Below are positions 30,495-41,711 of a DNA stretch of 64,000 bases, in pieces. The DNA comes from a bacterium (lineage in GTDB: Bacteria; J088; JAWLBW01). The position numbers were made by a program, and so were the translations under genes. The stretch is from NCBI GenBank assembly GCA_041690355.1, contig JAWLHK010000023.1, positions 1 to 64,000 of the forward strand, read 5' to 3'. Every line of letters starts with the position of its first letter. Positions within the stretch are counted from its first letter, which is position 1. Under the pieces are notes generated by a model. The model had not been told where the DNA came from. It ran no database searches and was given only the letters and a program-made list of their open reading frames with translations.

Positions 30495-31109
30495 ATGCTG
30501 CCTTCGAACGCCCCGAAAAACGCGAACGCCATCGCGAAAGAAGAGCTCGATCGCTTTGAACAGCTGATCGAGAAGCTGAAAGTACTGTACGAGCAGTACT
30601 TCCAGGGATTCGAGCGCCTGCCCCCCGACAAGCTTCGGCAGGAAGCCGAAAAGCTCCACCGCAAGTACCTGACGATTCGCTCGCCGAACACGGGCATCAA
30701 GTTCCGCGCCCAGACGCTCACGAGCCGCATGACCTCGTACCGGACGCTCTGGGACAAGACGCTGCAGCAGATTGAAGACGGCACCTACCGCAAGCATGTC
30801 TACCGCGCCAATCTGAAGGCCAAGTACGCCGCAGAACGGTCGCCGAGCACGCGGCACGAAGAGATCATCGAGGATGCCGAGCTCGTCGACGAGTCGCCGC
30901 AGCGCAAGTGGGGCTCGGTCTTCGAGCAGTACGTCAGCGCCCGGGGCACCAGCGGCGAAGGGGTCAAGGGGCTCACGTACGAGAAGCTCCACGACGTGCT
31001 CGAAAAACAGGCCGCCCAGCTGCGCCAGAAGTACCAAGCCCGCGACGTCGAGTTCAAGGTCGTCGTCGAAGAGGGCAAGGCCAAGGTCAAGGCCGTTCCC
31101 AAAAAGTAG
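30495..31109 (+). CDS. MXAN_5187 C-terminal domain-containing protein
   Basis: LYEQYFQGFERLPP N-terminus and VEFKVVVEEGKAKVKAVPK C-terminus typical of this deltaproteobacterial family; start uncertain. Confidence 0.7.
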   Translation: MLPSNAPKNANAIAKEELDRFEQLIEKLKVLYEQYFQGFERLPPDKLRQEAEKLHRKYLTIRSPNTGIKFRAQTLTSRMTSYRTLWDKTLQQIEDGTYRKHVYRANLKAKYAAERSPSTRHEEIIEDAELVDESPQRKWGSVFEQYVSARGTSGEGVKGLTYEKLHDVLEKQAAQLRQKYQARDVEFKVVVEEGKAKVKAVPKK

Positions 31110-31180
31110 TCCGCAAGCGCCTGCCGAGCGGTCCATAGTGGCGGCGACCGCCCCCCTGTGCTACTGTAGAGGGGGCACGT

Positions 31181-31642
31181 ATGTACAGGTATTTGCTGAC
31201 CATTCTCGTATCGCTCGTCTTGACGGCCGCCCTCACGGCGACCGGCGCCATGGCTGCGCCCGAAACCGAGGGATCTCCGGCTGAACTCGCCGCGCGCACG
31301 CAGAGCCTGTACGAGGTGCTCCTGCGCAAGAACGTGCGCCATTACCGCGTGCGCGAAGATCTCGCCCCCTTTTTCCGCAACCAGGAAGACCTCTCGAACT
31401 TCATCATCCGGCTCGCGCGCGAGCTGAAGGACGAAGGGGTCGGGGGCAACCCCATCGAAGCGTTCGAGGTGGGGAACATTGAAGTCGTGGAAGCCACCGG
31501 GTACGGCGAAACCGAGACGAAGCTGACGGTCGACTGGCTTCTCTTTTTCAACCGATCGCTCGAGCGCCACGACCGCTGGCAGCTCGTCGACGGCCGCTGG
31601 TACGTCGATCCGCCCCCCCTGAAGAACCTGGACTATCCGTGA
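31181..31642 (+). CDS. Secreted hypothetical protein
   Basis: SD GAGGGGG, signal peptide, coding-like codon usage. Confidence 0.7.
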   Translation: MYRYLLTILVSLVLTAALTATGAMAAPETEGSPAELAARTQSLYEVLLRKNVRHYRVREDLAPFFRNQEDLSNFIIRLARELKDEGVGGNPIEAFEVGNIEVVEATGYGETETKLTVDWLLFFNRSLERHDRWQLVDGRWYVDPPPLKNLDYP

Positions 31643-31911
31643 CCGACGCCGAAAACATGCGCAGGCTCCTGGCCGAGACCTTGGAGAAGCTGGGGGTCTC
31701 GGTGCAGCGGGTGCGGCGCGGCGACGATGAAGGGGCCGGCGGCGGCCTCTGTCTCATCCGCGGGCGTCACGTCGTCTTTCTCGATGCCGGCAACACCGTC
31801 AGCCGCGATCTGGAACTGCTCACCGATGCCCTGAGCCGCGTACACGACGGGGCATCCTTTCTGCCGCCGGCCGTGCGCGAATGGCTCGACCGGCATCCGC
31901 CCACAGTGTAA
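31639..31911 (+). CDS. Conserved hypothetical protein
   Basis: GTGA overlap with the upstream gene; GGLCLIRG...FLPPAVREWL. Confidence 0.65.
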   Translation: MTDAENMRRLLAETLEKLGVSVQRVRRGDDEGAGGGLCLIRGRHVVFLDAGNTVSRDLELLTDALSRVHDGASFLPPAVREWLDRHPPTV

Positions 31912-31927
31912 GCCCTCAGGAGTCTGC

Positions 31928-32683
31928 ATGCGTCTGTTCGTTTTCCTTCTCGCCCTCGCCTGGACCACCCCCGCCTTCGCCGAATCGGGACGGGAAATCA
32001 TCGACAAGGTCATCAAGCAGCCGTCGCCGAAGAACGCGCAGGCCACCGTCAAGATGACGCTCTCGGGCGATCGCGGCGGAGAGCGGCGCCTGAAGTCCTT
32101 CATCCAGCGCGACGGCGACCGCACGAACACGGTCATCAAATTCGAAGAGCCGGCCGACTACCGCGGCGCCGGCATTCTCGCCCTCGACAAGGGAAACGGG
32201 AAGACCGATCGCTTCATCCGCCTGAATTCGAGCCCGCGCGTGCGGCCGCTTCCCTCGGGATCGCAGTCGGGCAAGTTTCTGCAGACCGATTTCTCCTACG
32301 AAGACATGGACGGCCAGCGCGACGCCGACAAGGCCGACCATGAACTGCTGCGCGAAGAAAAGCTGGCCGGACAGGACGTCTGGGTCGTCGCCAGCACCCC
32401 GCACAAGGATGCCGGGAGCGCCTACGGCAAGATCGTCCAGTGGATTCGCAAGGACGCCCTCGTGCCCGTGCAGATCGAGTTCTTCAAGAACAAGGGAGAC
32501 GACAAGCCGCTGAAGCGGCTCGTGGTCGACGAGGTCAAGAAGATCGACGGCTACTGGATCTCGACGCGCAGCACGATGTCGACCCTGGCCGAGGGAACGT
32601 CGACGAAGCTCGAGATCCTCGACACCGACTTCAAGACCGCGATTCCGTCCCGCGTCTTCAACAAGCGCTTTCTCGAGGAGTAA
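31928..32683 (+). CDS. Outer-membrane lipoprotein-sorting (LolA-like) protein
   Basis: Signal peptide, FEEPADYRG, FLQTDFSYEDM, YGKIVQWIRKD motifs; SD AGGAG. Confidence 0.85.
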   Translation: MRLFVFLLALAWTTPAFAESGREIIDKVIKQPSPKNAQATVKMTLSGDRGGERRLKSFIQRDGDRTNTVIKFEEPADYRGAGILALDKGNGKTDRFIRLNSSPRVRPLPSGSQSGKFLQTDFSYEDMDGQRDADKADHELLREEKLAGQDVWVVASTPHKDAGSAYGKIVQWIRKDALVPVQIEFFKNKGDDKPLKRLVVDEVKKIDGYWISTRSTMSTLAEGTSTKLEILDTDFKTAIPSRVFNKRFLEE

Positions 32684-32686
32684 GCC

Positions 32687-34042
32687 ATTTCATCGCTGCG
32701 TGCATTTCTGATCGCAGCCGCGCTGCTCGCGCCGGCCGCGGCCCGGGCCGAAGTCAGCCTCGGCGGGCTGGCGTACAGCCGCGTCAACGCCGACCTGCGC
32801 CAGGACAACGCCTACGAGGACAACCTCGAGTGGCGCAACAAGATCTTTCTCGAGCTGAAGGCCGATGCGAGCGAGCGCTGGCTGGCGAATTTCTCGCTGC
32901 TCGCCGAGCATGCGACCCTCTCGGGGCAGCGCGACCGGTCGGCGTGGGCCGTCGGGCTCTACGAAGGGTACGTGCGGCACCGCACGGGCGACTTCGATCT
33001 CTTCGTGGGCAAGCAGAAGGTCAACTGGGGGGTCGGCGACGTCTCGGTGCTCGACGCCATCAATCCGCGCAACATGGAGGAGTTCGTCGCCCGCGAAGAC
33101 GAATTCGCCAAGCTGCCGGTGCTCATGGTGCGCGGCGTCTACCTGCTCGACAACGGCTCGATGGAGTTCATCTACCAGCCGTTCTACGAGCCGACGAACA
33201 TGCCCCTGTTCGGTTCAGACTGGGCGATGATCAATAACGAGGCGGTGGGCGCCTATCGCGGCGAAATCGACGTCGACGCCGTCTTTCTGCAGGGGGCCAA
33301 GCCGGGGATCGAAGCTTTTCCCGAAGCCAACGCCGTGAACGGCGCGCTGGCCGGCCGGTGGAACACGTCGGGCGACAGCTTCGACTACCAGGTGCAGATC
33401 GTCAACGGCTGGGAGCTGTTTCCGCTCTTCGAATTCAACCCGGATTTCGTGCGCTATCTGGAAGCGCAGCCCGAAGGGGCGCGGCGCACGCTCGAGAGCC
33501 TGAGCCCGCAGGAGGCGCTCGCCTATGCGCCGCTCTACGAGTCGCGCCCGATTCGCCAGACGATGGTCGGCGGCGGGATGTCCGGATTTCTCGGCGACTG
33601 GACGCTGCGGGCCGAAGCGGCGAGCATCCATCCGCAGGAGCTGTACACCACCGACTTCAAGCTGACCGAGCACACGATCGCCACCGGAAGCTTCGGCCTC
33701 GATCGCTTTCTGCCGTGGAGCCTGTACGCGAACGTGACCTACCTGGCGGCCTGGATCTCGGGCTATCCCGACGAAGGGCTTTTCCTGGTCGACCCGTACA
33801 ATCACTTCGTCGTCGGCCTGCTGCGCGGCGGATATTTCGATGACCTGCTGACCCCCGAGCTGCGGGTGGTCTACAACATCGGCCGCGGCGACAGCATGGT
33901 AAACCCGCGGATTCCCATCCGTCTGGCCGATGCCGTGCAGCTCACGCTGGGCGCCTACCTGCTCTCGGGCGAGGCCGAAACAATCTTCGGCCAGTTCAGC
34001 GACAACGGCTTCGGATACGCCCAGCTGCGCTACGCGTACTAG
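32687..34042 (+). CDS. Outer-membrane beta-barrel protein (DUF1302-like), probable ATT start
   Basis: Frame is open from 32684; GAGGAG SD 6 nt before ATT; signal peptide (M)SSLRAFLIAAALLAPAAARA; VGKQKVNWG and DAINP motifs; C-terminal LRYAY. Confidence 0.75.
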   Translation: MSSLRAFLIAAALLAPAAARAEVSLGGLAYSRVNADLRQDNAYEDNLEWRNKIFLELKADASERWLANFSLLAEHATLSGQRDRSAWAVGLYEGYVRHRTGDFDLFVGKQKVNWGVGDVSVLDAINPRNMEEFVAREDEFAKLPVLMVRGVYLLDNGSMEFIYQPFYEPTNMPLFGSDWAMINNEAVGAYRGEIDVDAVFLQGAKPGIEAFPEANAVNGALAGRWNTSGDSFDYQVQIVNGWELFPLFEFNPDFVRYLEAQPEGARRTLESLSPQEALAYAPLYESRPIRQTMVGGGMSGFLGDWTLRAEAASIHPQELYTTDFKLTEHTIATGSFGLDRFLPWSLYANVTYLAAWISGYPDEGLFLVDPYNHFVVGLLRGGYFDDLLTPELRVVYNIGRGDSMVNPRIPIRLADAVQLTLGAYLLSGEAETIFGQFSDNGFGYAQLRYAY

Positions 34043-34105
34043 CCGGGCGGAGCCGGGTTCCGCGGAAACAGGAAGGCGATTCCGCTCGCCGGCGCCGCTT
34101 CACCC

Positions 34106-36340
34106 TCACGCATCGGTGCCCGTGCGCCGCACTGCTTCGGATTGAAACCCCAGCCGCCCGCGGCGCTCGAAGGCGCCGCCGACCTCCTCTTCGGCGGCGC
34201 GCACCAGGTGCGCCGTCGTCAGGCGGCGCCGCTCGGGCTTCTCGCGCGCCACGCGGTATGCCGCGCGCAGTACCGCGTTCTTGATGTGACCGCCCGACAA
34301 ATCGAACCGGGAACCCAGATATTCGAAATCGACCGGCTCGGCGGGCATGCGCGGCGGGATCAGGCTGCGCCAGATGGCCGCGCGCGAGGCTGCGTCGGGA
34401 AAGGGGAACCGGAGGCGGAAGGCGAGGCGGCGCTCGAACGCCTCATCGAGGTTCCCCACCAGATTGGTGGCAAGGATGATCAGGCCGTCGAATCTTTCGA
34501 TTTCCTGCAGCAGCAGATTCACCTCCATGTTGGCGTAGCGGTCGAGCGCCGCCGTGACCTGCGTGCGCCGGCCGAAGAGCGCGTCGGCCTCGTCGAAGAA
34601 GAGAATGGATTCGCTCTCGCGCGCGGCGTCGAACACGGCGCGCAGGTTCTTCTCCGTTTCACCCACGTATTTGGAGACGACGGCGGGCAGGCTCACCTGG
34701 TATATCGTCTTGGCGAGCTCGTAGCCGACCGCTTCGGCCGTGAGGGTCTTTCCGGTTCCCGGCGGTCCCTGGAAGAGCGCCGTGACCCCGCGGCCGATGG
34801 AGAGCCGCTCGCCCAGGCCCCAGTCGACGAAGAGCATCGTGCGGTGGCGCACGGCGTCGATGAGCTCGCGGACGGTCGCCTCGAGCCCTGGCGGAAGGAC
34901 GACGTTCGCGAGAGGAACGCGCGGCGTGATCCGATCGGTCCACGCGCCCAGCTTCTGCCGCAGCTGGGCGCGGCAGGCCTGCTCGAGATCGGTCTGGCCG
35001 ATGCGCGGTTCGGCTTCGCGCCGCCCGAGGACTTCGTGAAGCGCCGTCAGCACGGCGTTCTTGATGTAGCCGCCCGTAAATTCGAACGTGTGCGCAAGGG
35101 CGCCGAGATTCAGGTCGTCGGCCAGCGGCGCTTCGGCCGGCAGATGGTTCCGCCAGATGCGCTCGCGCAGCTCGGGGCCCGGCACCTCGAAGTCCACACG
35201 CAGGAGAATCCTCCGATCCATAGCCGAGTCGAGCGTCGGCGCCAGGTTCGTGGCCAGGATGGCGATACCGTCGAAACGTTCCAGCGCGGTGAGCAGATCG
35301 GCCACGCCGCCGTTGCCCATGCGCCGATCGGCGAAGAGCATCTCGCACTCGTCGAAGAAGAGCACGCAGTTCTGCAGGCGCGCCTCGCGGAAGACGTTTT
35401 CGATGTTGCTCTCGAGCGTGTGCACCCGATCGTACAGGCGGTCGGTGTTCACGAGCAGCAGCCGCTTGCCGATGTGGCGGGCCAGCGCGTTGGCCAGCAT
35501 GGTCTTGCCGGTGCCCGGCGGTCCGGCAAAGAGCAGGACAACCCCGCGCCCGTAGCCGATGACGCGGTCGAATCCCCACTCCTTACGGCGGCGCAGGTAA
35601 TCGTCGTGGTGCTCGACCATCCGCACCGCGCGGCTTTTCACGGCGTCGGGGAGCACGACCTGATCGAGGGGAATGGTCGGATCCACGATCTTCGAAAACG
35701 TGACCAGGCTTTCGTCGAGCGCATCCGATCCGAGGAGCAGATTCATGACGCGCCGGGGGAGGCGCAGCTCCAGACTCAGCACGTCCTCTTCGCCGCGCCA
35801 GCGGTCCTGCTCCACCAGCACCAGGTGATGGCGAATGAGCGGCGCGTCGAGCATGAACAGCCGCCGCGCCTCGACCTTCGCGGCCAGGGTGTCGCAGAGA
35901 ATCGTCAGGGCCGTGTCGACGGTGCGCCCGCGGTATTTGTAGGCGATGCGGTCGTAGAGATCGGCAAAATGCAGATCGAGCGTGGGCGCGAGGGCGAGCA
36001 GCAGAAGATCGCATTCCACAGAACTCAGGCCGTACTGTTCGGCGGTACGATCCAGGGCCAGGGGGCGTTGTTCTTCCCGGTTCCGGCTGACACGGCGGGC
36101 GATGATGTCTTCCATCCGCTCGAGACGGGCCTTCAGCTCCTGGCTGCGGTGACTCGTGCCCTGGGGTCCGCCCGTACGCTGATCTTCGCGCTGCGTCATC
36201 CGCAGGTCGATGAGGAGCTCGAGGCGGCGCAACTGGTCTTCGAGAAAGGCGATGTCGGAGGGGTATGGCGTGTCGTGAAGCGGGTCGATGTCGCCCGGTG
36301 CAACAGATGCGGAAGCGTGCGGCTGCAATCCCTCGGCCAT
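34106..36340 (-). CDS. Double AAA+ ATPase with N-terminal winged-helix-like domain
   Basis: Two GPPGTGKT Walker A motifs, LFFDE Walker B twice, ILATN sensor; SD GAGGTG before ATG 36340. Confidence 0.88.
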   Translation of the reverse strand: MAEGLQPHASASVAPGDIDPLHDTPYPSDIAFLEDQLRRLELLIDLRMTQREDQRTGGPQGTSHRSQELKARLERMEDIIARRVSRNREEQRPLALDRTAEQYGLSSVECDLLLLALAPTLDLHFADLYDRIAYKYRGRTVDTALTILCDTLAAKVEARRLFMLDAPLIRHHLVLVEQDRWRGEEDVLSLELRLPRRVMNLLLGSDALDESLVTFSKIVDPTIPLDQVVLPDAVKSRAVRMVEHHDDYLRRRKEWGFDRVIGYGRGVVLLFAGPPGTGKTMLANALARHIGKRLLLVNTDRLYDRVHTLESNIENVFREARLQNCVLFFDECEMLFADRRMGNGGVADLLTALERFDGIAILATNLAPTLDSAMDRRILLRVDFEVPGPELRERIWRNHLPAEAPLADDLNLGALAHTFEFTGGYIKNAVLTALHEVLGRREAEPRIGQTDLEQACRAQLRQKLGAWTDRITPRVPLANVVLPPGLEATVRELIDAVRHRTMLFVDWGLGERLSIGRGVTALFQGPPGTGKTLTAEAVGYELAKTIYQVSLPAVVSKYVGETEKNLRAVFDAARESESILFFDEADALFGRRTQVTAALDRYANMEVNLLLQEIERFDGLIILATNLVGNLDEAFERRLAFRLRFPFPDAASRAAIWRSLIPPRMPAEPVDFEYLGSRFDLSGGHIKNAVLRAAYRVAREKPERRRLTTAHLVRAAEEEVGGAFERRGRLGFQSEAVRRTGTDA

Positions 36341-36411
36341 GCGGGTCACCTCTTTGTTCCCACCTTAGCACGCGGGAGCCGAGGCGGGAACCGGGCCGGG
36401 GCACTGGGGGG

Positions 36412-36446
36412 CAGTCGTCAGTCTTCCGTCTTCAGTCGTCAGTCGG
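36412..36446 (+). repeat. Heptamer tandem array (CAGTCGT family, 5 units)
   Basis: CAGTCGT CAGTCTT CCGTCTT CAGTCGT CAGTCGG. Confidence 0.85.
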
Positions 36447-36499
36447 GACGATGGGCGCTGAGTCGCTGGAACCCCATCCGCTTCGCTGCGGAAATCACC

Positions 36500-37171
36500 C
36501 TACCGCTTCAGCCCCGTAAACAGAATATGCCGAGCCCCTCGCCCCCCGGCGCGGGCGCGGGCGGGGATCGATTCGGCCTGGAAGCCGGCGTTGCGCATGC
36601 GTTTCTCGAAACTCGGATCGGGCCCGCCCGACCAGATGACGAGCGTGCCGCCGGGGCGCAGCGCCTGCCGGGCGACGCGGAGTCCGCCTGGGGAGTAGAG
36701 GGCCTCGTCGCGCATGTCGATGAAGGCCTGCGGACCATTATCGGTGTCGAGCAGAATGGCGTCGAAACCGTTCGGCTGCTGTTCCATGACGGCGCGCACG
36801 TCGCCCGCGAACAGGGTCACGCGCGGATCGTCGAGGGGATGGCCGGCCAACGGCCCGAGGGGGCCCCGGTTCCACGCGATAATTTCGGGGACAAATTCGG
36901 CGACCGTGACCGAAGCCTCCGGATGCAGGGCATTCAGGGTCGCGCGCAGCGAGTAGCCGAGGCCAAGCCCGGCGACCAGCACGCGCGCGCCGGGCTTGTC
37001 AGCCAACCGCTTGCAACCGACGTCGGCCATGGCCTCTTCCGAGCCGGGCGCCCGGTTCGACATGAGTTCCCAGCCGTCGATGCTGATGCAGAATTCATCG
37101 CCGCGTTGGGCGAGCACAAGAACGCCGCCGGAGTTGGCGGTTGAGCGGCCGATTTCACGCCAGGGAAGCAT
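36500..37171 (-). CDS. Spermidine-synthase-like SAM-dependent methyltransferase
   Basis: VLVAGLGLGYSL, DAILLDTDNGP, LRPGG motifs. Confidence 0.8.
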   Translation of the reverse strand: MLPWREIGRSTANSGGVLVLAQRGDEFCISIDGWELMSNRAPGSEEAMADVGCKRLADKPGARVLVAGLGLGYSLRATLNALHPEASVTVAEFVPEIIAWNRGPLGPLAGHPLDDPRVTLFAGDVRAVMEQQPNGFDAILLDTDNGPQAFIDMRDEALYSPGGLRVARQALRPGGTLVIWSGGPDPSFEKRMRNAGFQAESIPARARAGGRGARHILFTGLKR

Positions 37172-37430
37172 GGCACTCCAGATGCAGAAGAAAGCCTACA
37201 GCGTACCTGCCATGGCAAGCCATGTACAACGGCGGATGCACAACGCGCGACCCGGCGCCCCGCGCAGCGCCCGGACACCAGGGCCCGATCGGGCCTGCCC
37301 CACCGCCTGCATGAATGCCATGGGCTCCACTTGGTGATCCGCGGCACTGACATCCGGATCAGGGTGGCGCGCCCGGATCCGCACGCGATCGTGTGAGCAG
37401 GGGCACAGACGGGCGGGCGACCGGCGTGCT

Positions 37431-37898
37431 ATGCTGGGCGGCACGATGACGACGATGCAGACGGCTCGCACCGGCACGGATCTTGAACGCTTTCCAGCGC
37501 ACGGTGCGCGCATGAAAAGCGAACGATTCCATTCCGCGACGCAGCTGGCCTTCGACGGCATTCCCCCGGACGTGCGGGCGCGGGGCCGCGAGACCTTCGG
37601 CGCGCTGCTGCGGAACCTGCCGGCCGATTTCCCCTTCGAGCTGGGGTGCAAGGGGTTCGTGCGGGGGATGGCCGAACTGCGCCATTACCACCCGGCCTGC
37701 GAGCTCTCGCCCTGGCGGCCCGATCTGCTGCTCGAGCGGGACGAGGGGTTTCACCTGACCTACTTCGTGGACTACGGCGACGCCGAGTTCTTCGTGGGCT
37801 TCTTCGAGGCGCTGGTGGAGTTCTTCGGCGAGCGCACCTTCATGACGGTGCGCGCCCTCGACCACGAGGTCATCCTCCAGGTACGGTTCGAGCGCTGA
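37431..37898 (+). CDS. Hypothetical protein
   Basis: ORF fills the gap with high GC3 codon pattern; start uncertain. Confidence 0.55.
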   Translation: MLGGTMTTMQTARTGTDLERFPAHGARMKSERFHSATQLAFDGIPPDVRARGRETFGALLRNLPADFPFELGCKGFVRGMAELRHYHPACELSPWRPDLLLERDEGFHLTYFVDYGDAEFFVGFFEALVEFFGERTFMTVRALDHEVILQVRFER

Positions 37899-37966
37899 CG
37901 GTTCCGGCCCGGAAGCGGTCTGCCGCCGTCGCGCGCGTGTTAGCATGAACCTTCGCAGGAGAAGGC

Positions 37967-40045
<2,079 letters not shown>

Positions 40046-40067
40046 GGCGTCCGCCCGGCGGCACGGC

Positions 40068-40568
40068 TCAGTTCGCGCAGCGCTCGAATGCAGGCAGATG
40101 GTTGTCGCGCGAAGCGTCACGCAGGTTCGTGAAAACCCGTTCGACATCCGCGGGCAGGTCGAGCTCTCCCAGCCAGCCGTCGTACAGCGCGATGTTTTCT
40201 TCTTCGCCCACCACCCCGGCCGCGCATGCTTCCCGGACGGAGGCGTAACGCGGCACGTTGTTCCGGTTCCACCCCGAGGCCGGCACAGAAAGCCCGCGTG
40301 CAATGTAGAGTGTTGCGAGCGCTTCGGAGTGCAATTGCTCTGCATTCACGATGTTCGTAAACGGCGCGACCTCGCCGAAGTCGCGGAGGACCTGCCGGTA
40401 GGTCTCCTCGGCCCGGTACTCGTCCTGAATCGCCGTATCCATGGCGAGACGCACCTCGTCGTCGAGTCGTTGCGTGGGGATCTGCGCCGGGTTGATCGTG
40501 TCGTCGTCATCGTCTCCGCAGGCGGCCGCCAGGAGCAGCGCCGCGAACATGGTGGCCCGTTTGAGCAT
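40068..40568 (-). CDS. Ferritin-like (DUF2202-type) lipoprotein
   Basis: Lipobox LAAAC, DEYRAEETY, NAEQLH, EEENIALY, ASRDNHLPAF. Confidence 0.75.
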   Translation of the reverse strand: MLKRATMFAALLLAAACGDDDDDTINPAQIPTQRLDDEVRLAMDTAIQDEYRAEETYRQVLRDFGEVAPFTNIVNAEQLHSEALATLYIARGLSVPASGWNRNNVPRYASVREACAAGVVGEEENIALYDGWLGELDLPADVERVFTNLRDASRDNHLPAFERCAN

Positions 40569-40728
40569 GATGATGCCTCCTTTTCGTTACCCCCTTTCCT
40601 CACGCTACGGTGCGCCGCCGGGCGCGGCAAGCCCGCACGCGCGAAGGACGGACAGGCGCCCCGGTTCAGGGAGGGCGATGTTAGAATGGCGCCCACCGCA
40701 GTTCAACGGGGAGTCTTGACGCCGTTAA

Positions 40729-40771
40729 GCTAATTATGTTAGCCTTTCCCCATCGGCTACTATCATTAGCC
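40729..40771. promoter_or_regulatory. Two related palindromic operators, probably for the downstream TetR
   Basis: GCTAATTATGTTAGC (40729-40743) and GGCTACTATCATTAGCC (40755-40771), downstream of a TTGACG -35 at 40716. Confidence 0.6.
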
Positions 40772-40790
40772 TGGATTCCCGGAGGTATGC

Positions 40791-41711
40791 ATGCTGACCC
40801 TGACCTTGAGCCCCGCCCTTATCCCGCCGCTGCTCGCGATGACCCTGCTGCTCGGCGCCTGCATGACCCATTCCCCTCACAGGACTCCTTCGCCCGACTC
40901 CCGCCTGGCTTCGCCGCCGTCGGCTTTCATGCACGAAGGAAAGCGTATCGTGTATGAGGATTCGGGGGGTGAGGGGCCCGTCGTCCTCTGCGTTCCGGGC
41001 CTCGGCGACACGCGCGGCCAGTTCCGCTTTCTCGCGCCACGCCTGGTTGGAGAGGGGTACCGGGTCATCGCCGTCGACCCGCGCGGGCAAGGTGATTCCG
41101 ATACCGGTTGGGATGCCTACGGCGCGCACACCCTCGGAGACGATCTGGTGGCGCTCATCCGCCATCTGGATCTGCAGGACGTGCGCATCATCGGCAATTC
41201 CGCGGGAGCCGCGGTGGGCGCCTGGGTGGCCGCCGAACTGCCCGAGACCGTGCGCGCCCTCGTTCTCATCGGCCCCTTCGTGCGCGACGTGCCACTCGCC
41301 CTGCACCAGCGCATCATGCTGCGCGCCGCCTTTGCCGGCCCGTGGGCGCCCGCGGTGTGGAAGTCCTACTACAAGGGACTCTACCCTTCGGCGCCACCTG
41401 CGGACCTGGAACCCTACGCCGAAGCCCTTGCGGAAAGTCTGCGCGATGGCGGCCGTCTGGATGCGCTCAAACAGATGATGTTCACGCCGAAAACCCGCGT
41501 GGCCGAGCGGCTCGGCGAAGTGCGCGCGCCGGCGCTCGTCGTCATGGGCGCGCTCGACCCCGACTTCCCCGATCCCTCCGAAGAAGCCCGCCTGGTCGCC
41601 GGCCTCTTGCGCGGCGAGGTCGCCATGATCCCCGCCGCCGGACACTATCCGCACGTGGAGTTTCCCGACGACACCTTCACCGCCATCCAGAGGTTTCTGC
41701 ATGCCCACTGA
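40791..41711 (+). CDS. Alpha/beta fold hydrolase
   Basis: DPRGQGDS, nucleophile GNSAG, AGHYPH. Confidence 0.88.
   Translation: MLTLTLSPALIPPLLAMTLLLGACMTHSPHRTPSPDSRLASPPSAFMHEGKRIVYEDSGGEGPVVLCVPGLGDTRGQFRFLAPRLVGEGYRVIAVDPRGQGDSDTGWDAYGAHTLGDDLVALIRHLDLQDVRIIGNSAGAAVGAWVAAELPETVRALVLIGPFVRDVPLALHQRIMLRAAFAGPWAPAVWKSYYKGLYPSAPPADLEPYAEALAESLRDGGRLDALKQMMFTPKTRVAERLGEVRAPALVVMGALDPDFPDPSEEARLVAGLLRGEVAMIPAAGHYPHVEFPDDTFTAIQRFLHAH

Noticed and set aside
31928-34042. Stop-codon readthrough fusion of the LolA-like and barrel genes
   Set aside because: TAA is rarely read through, and the second gene has its own SD and signal peptide
34142-37144. 1000-aa plus-strand ORF
   Set aside because: Antisense to the AAA ATPase and methyltransferase genes
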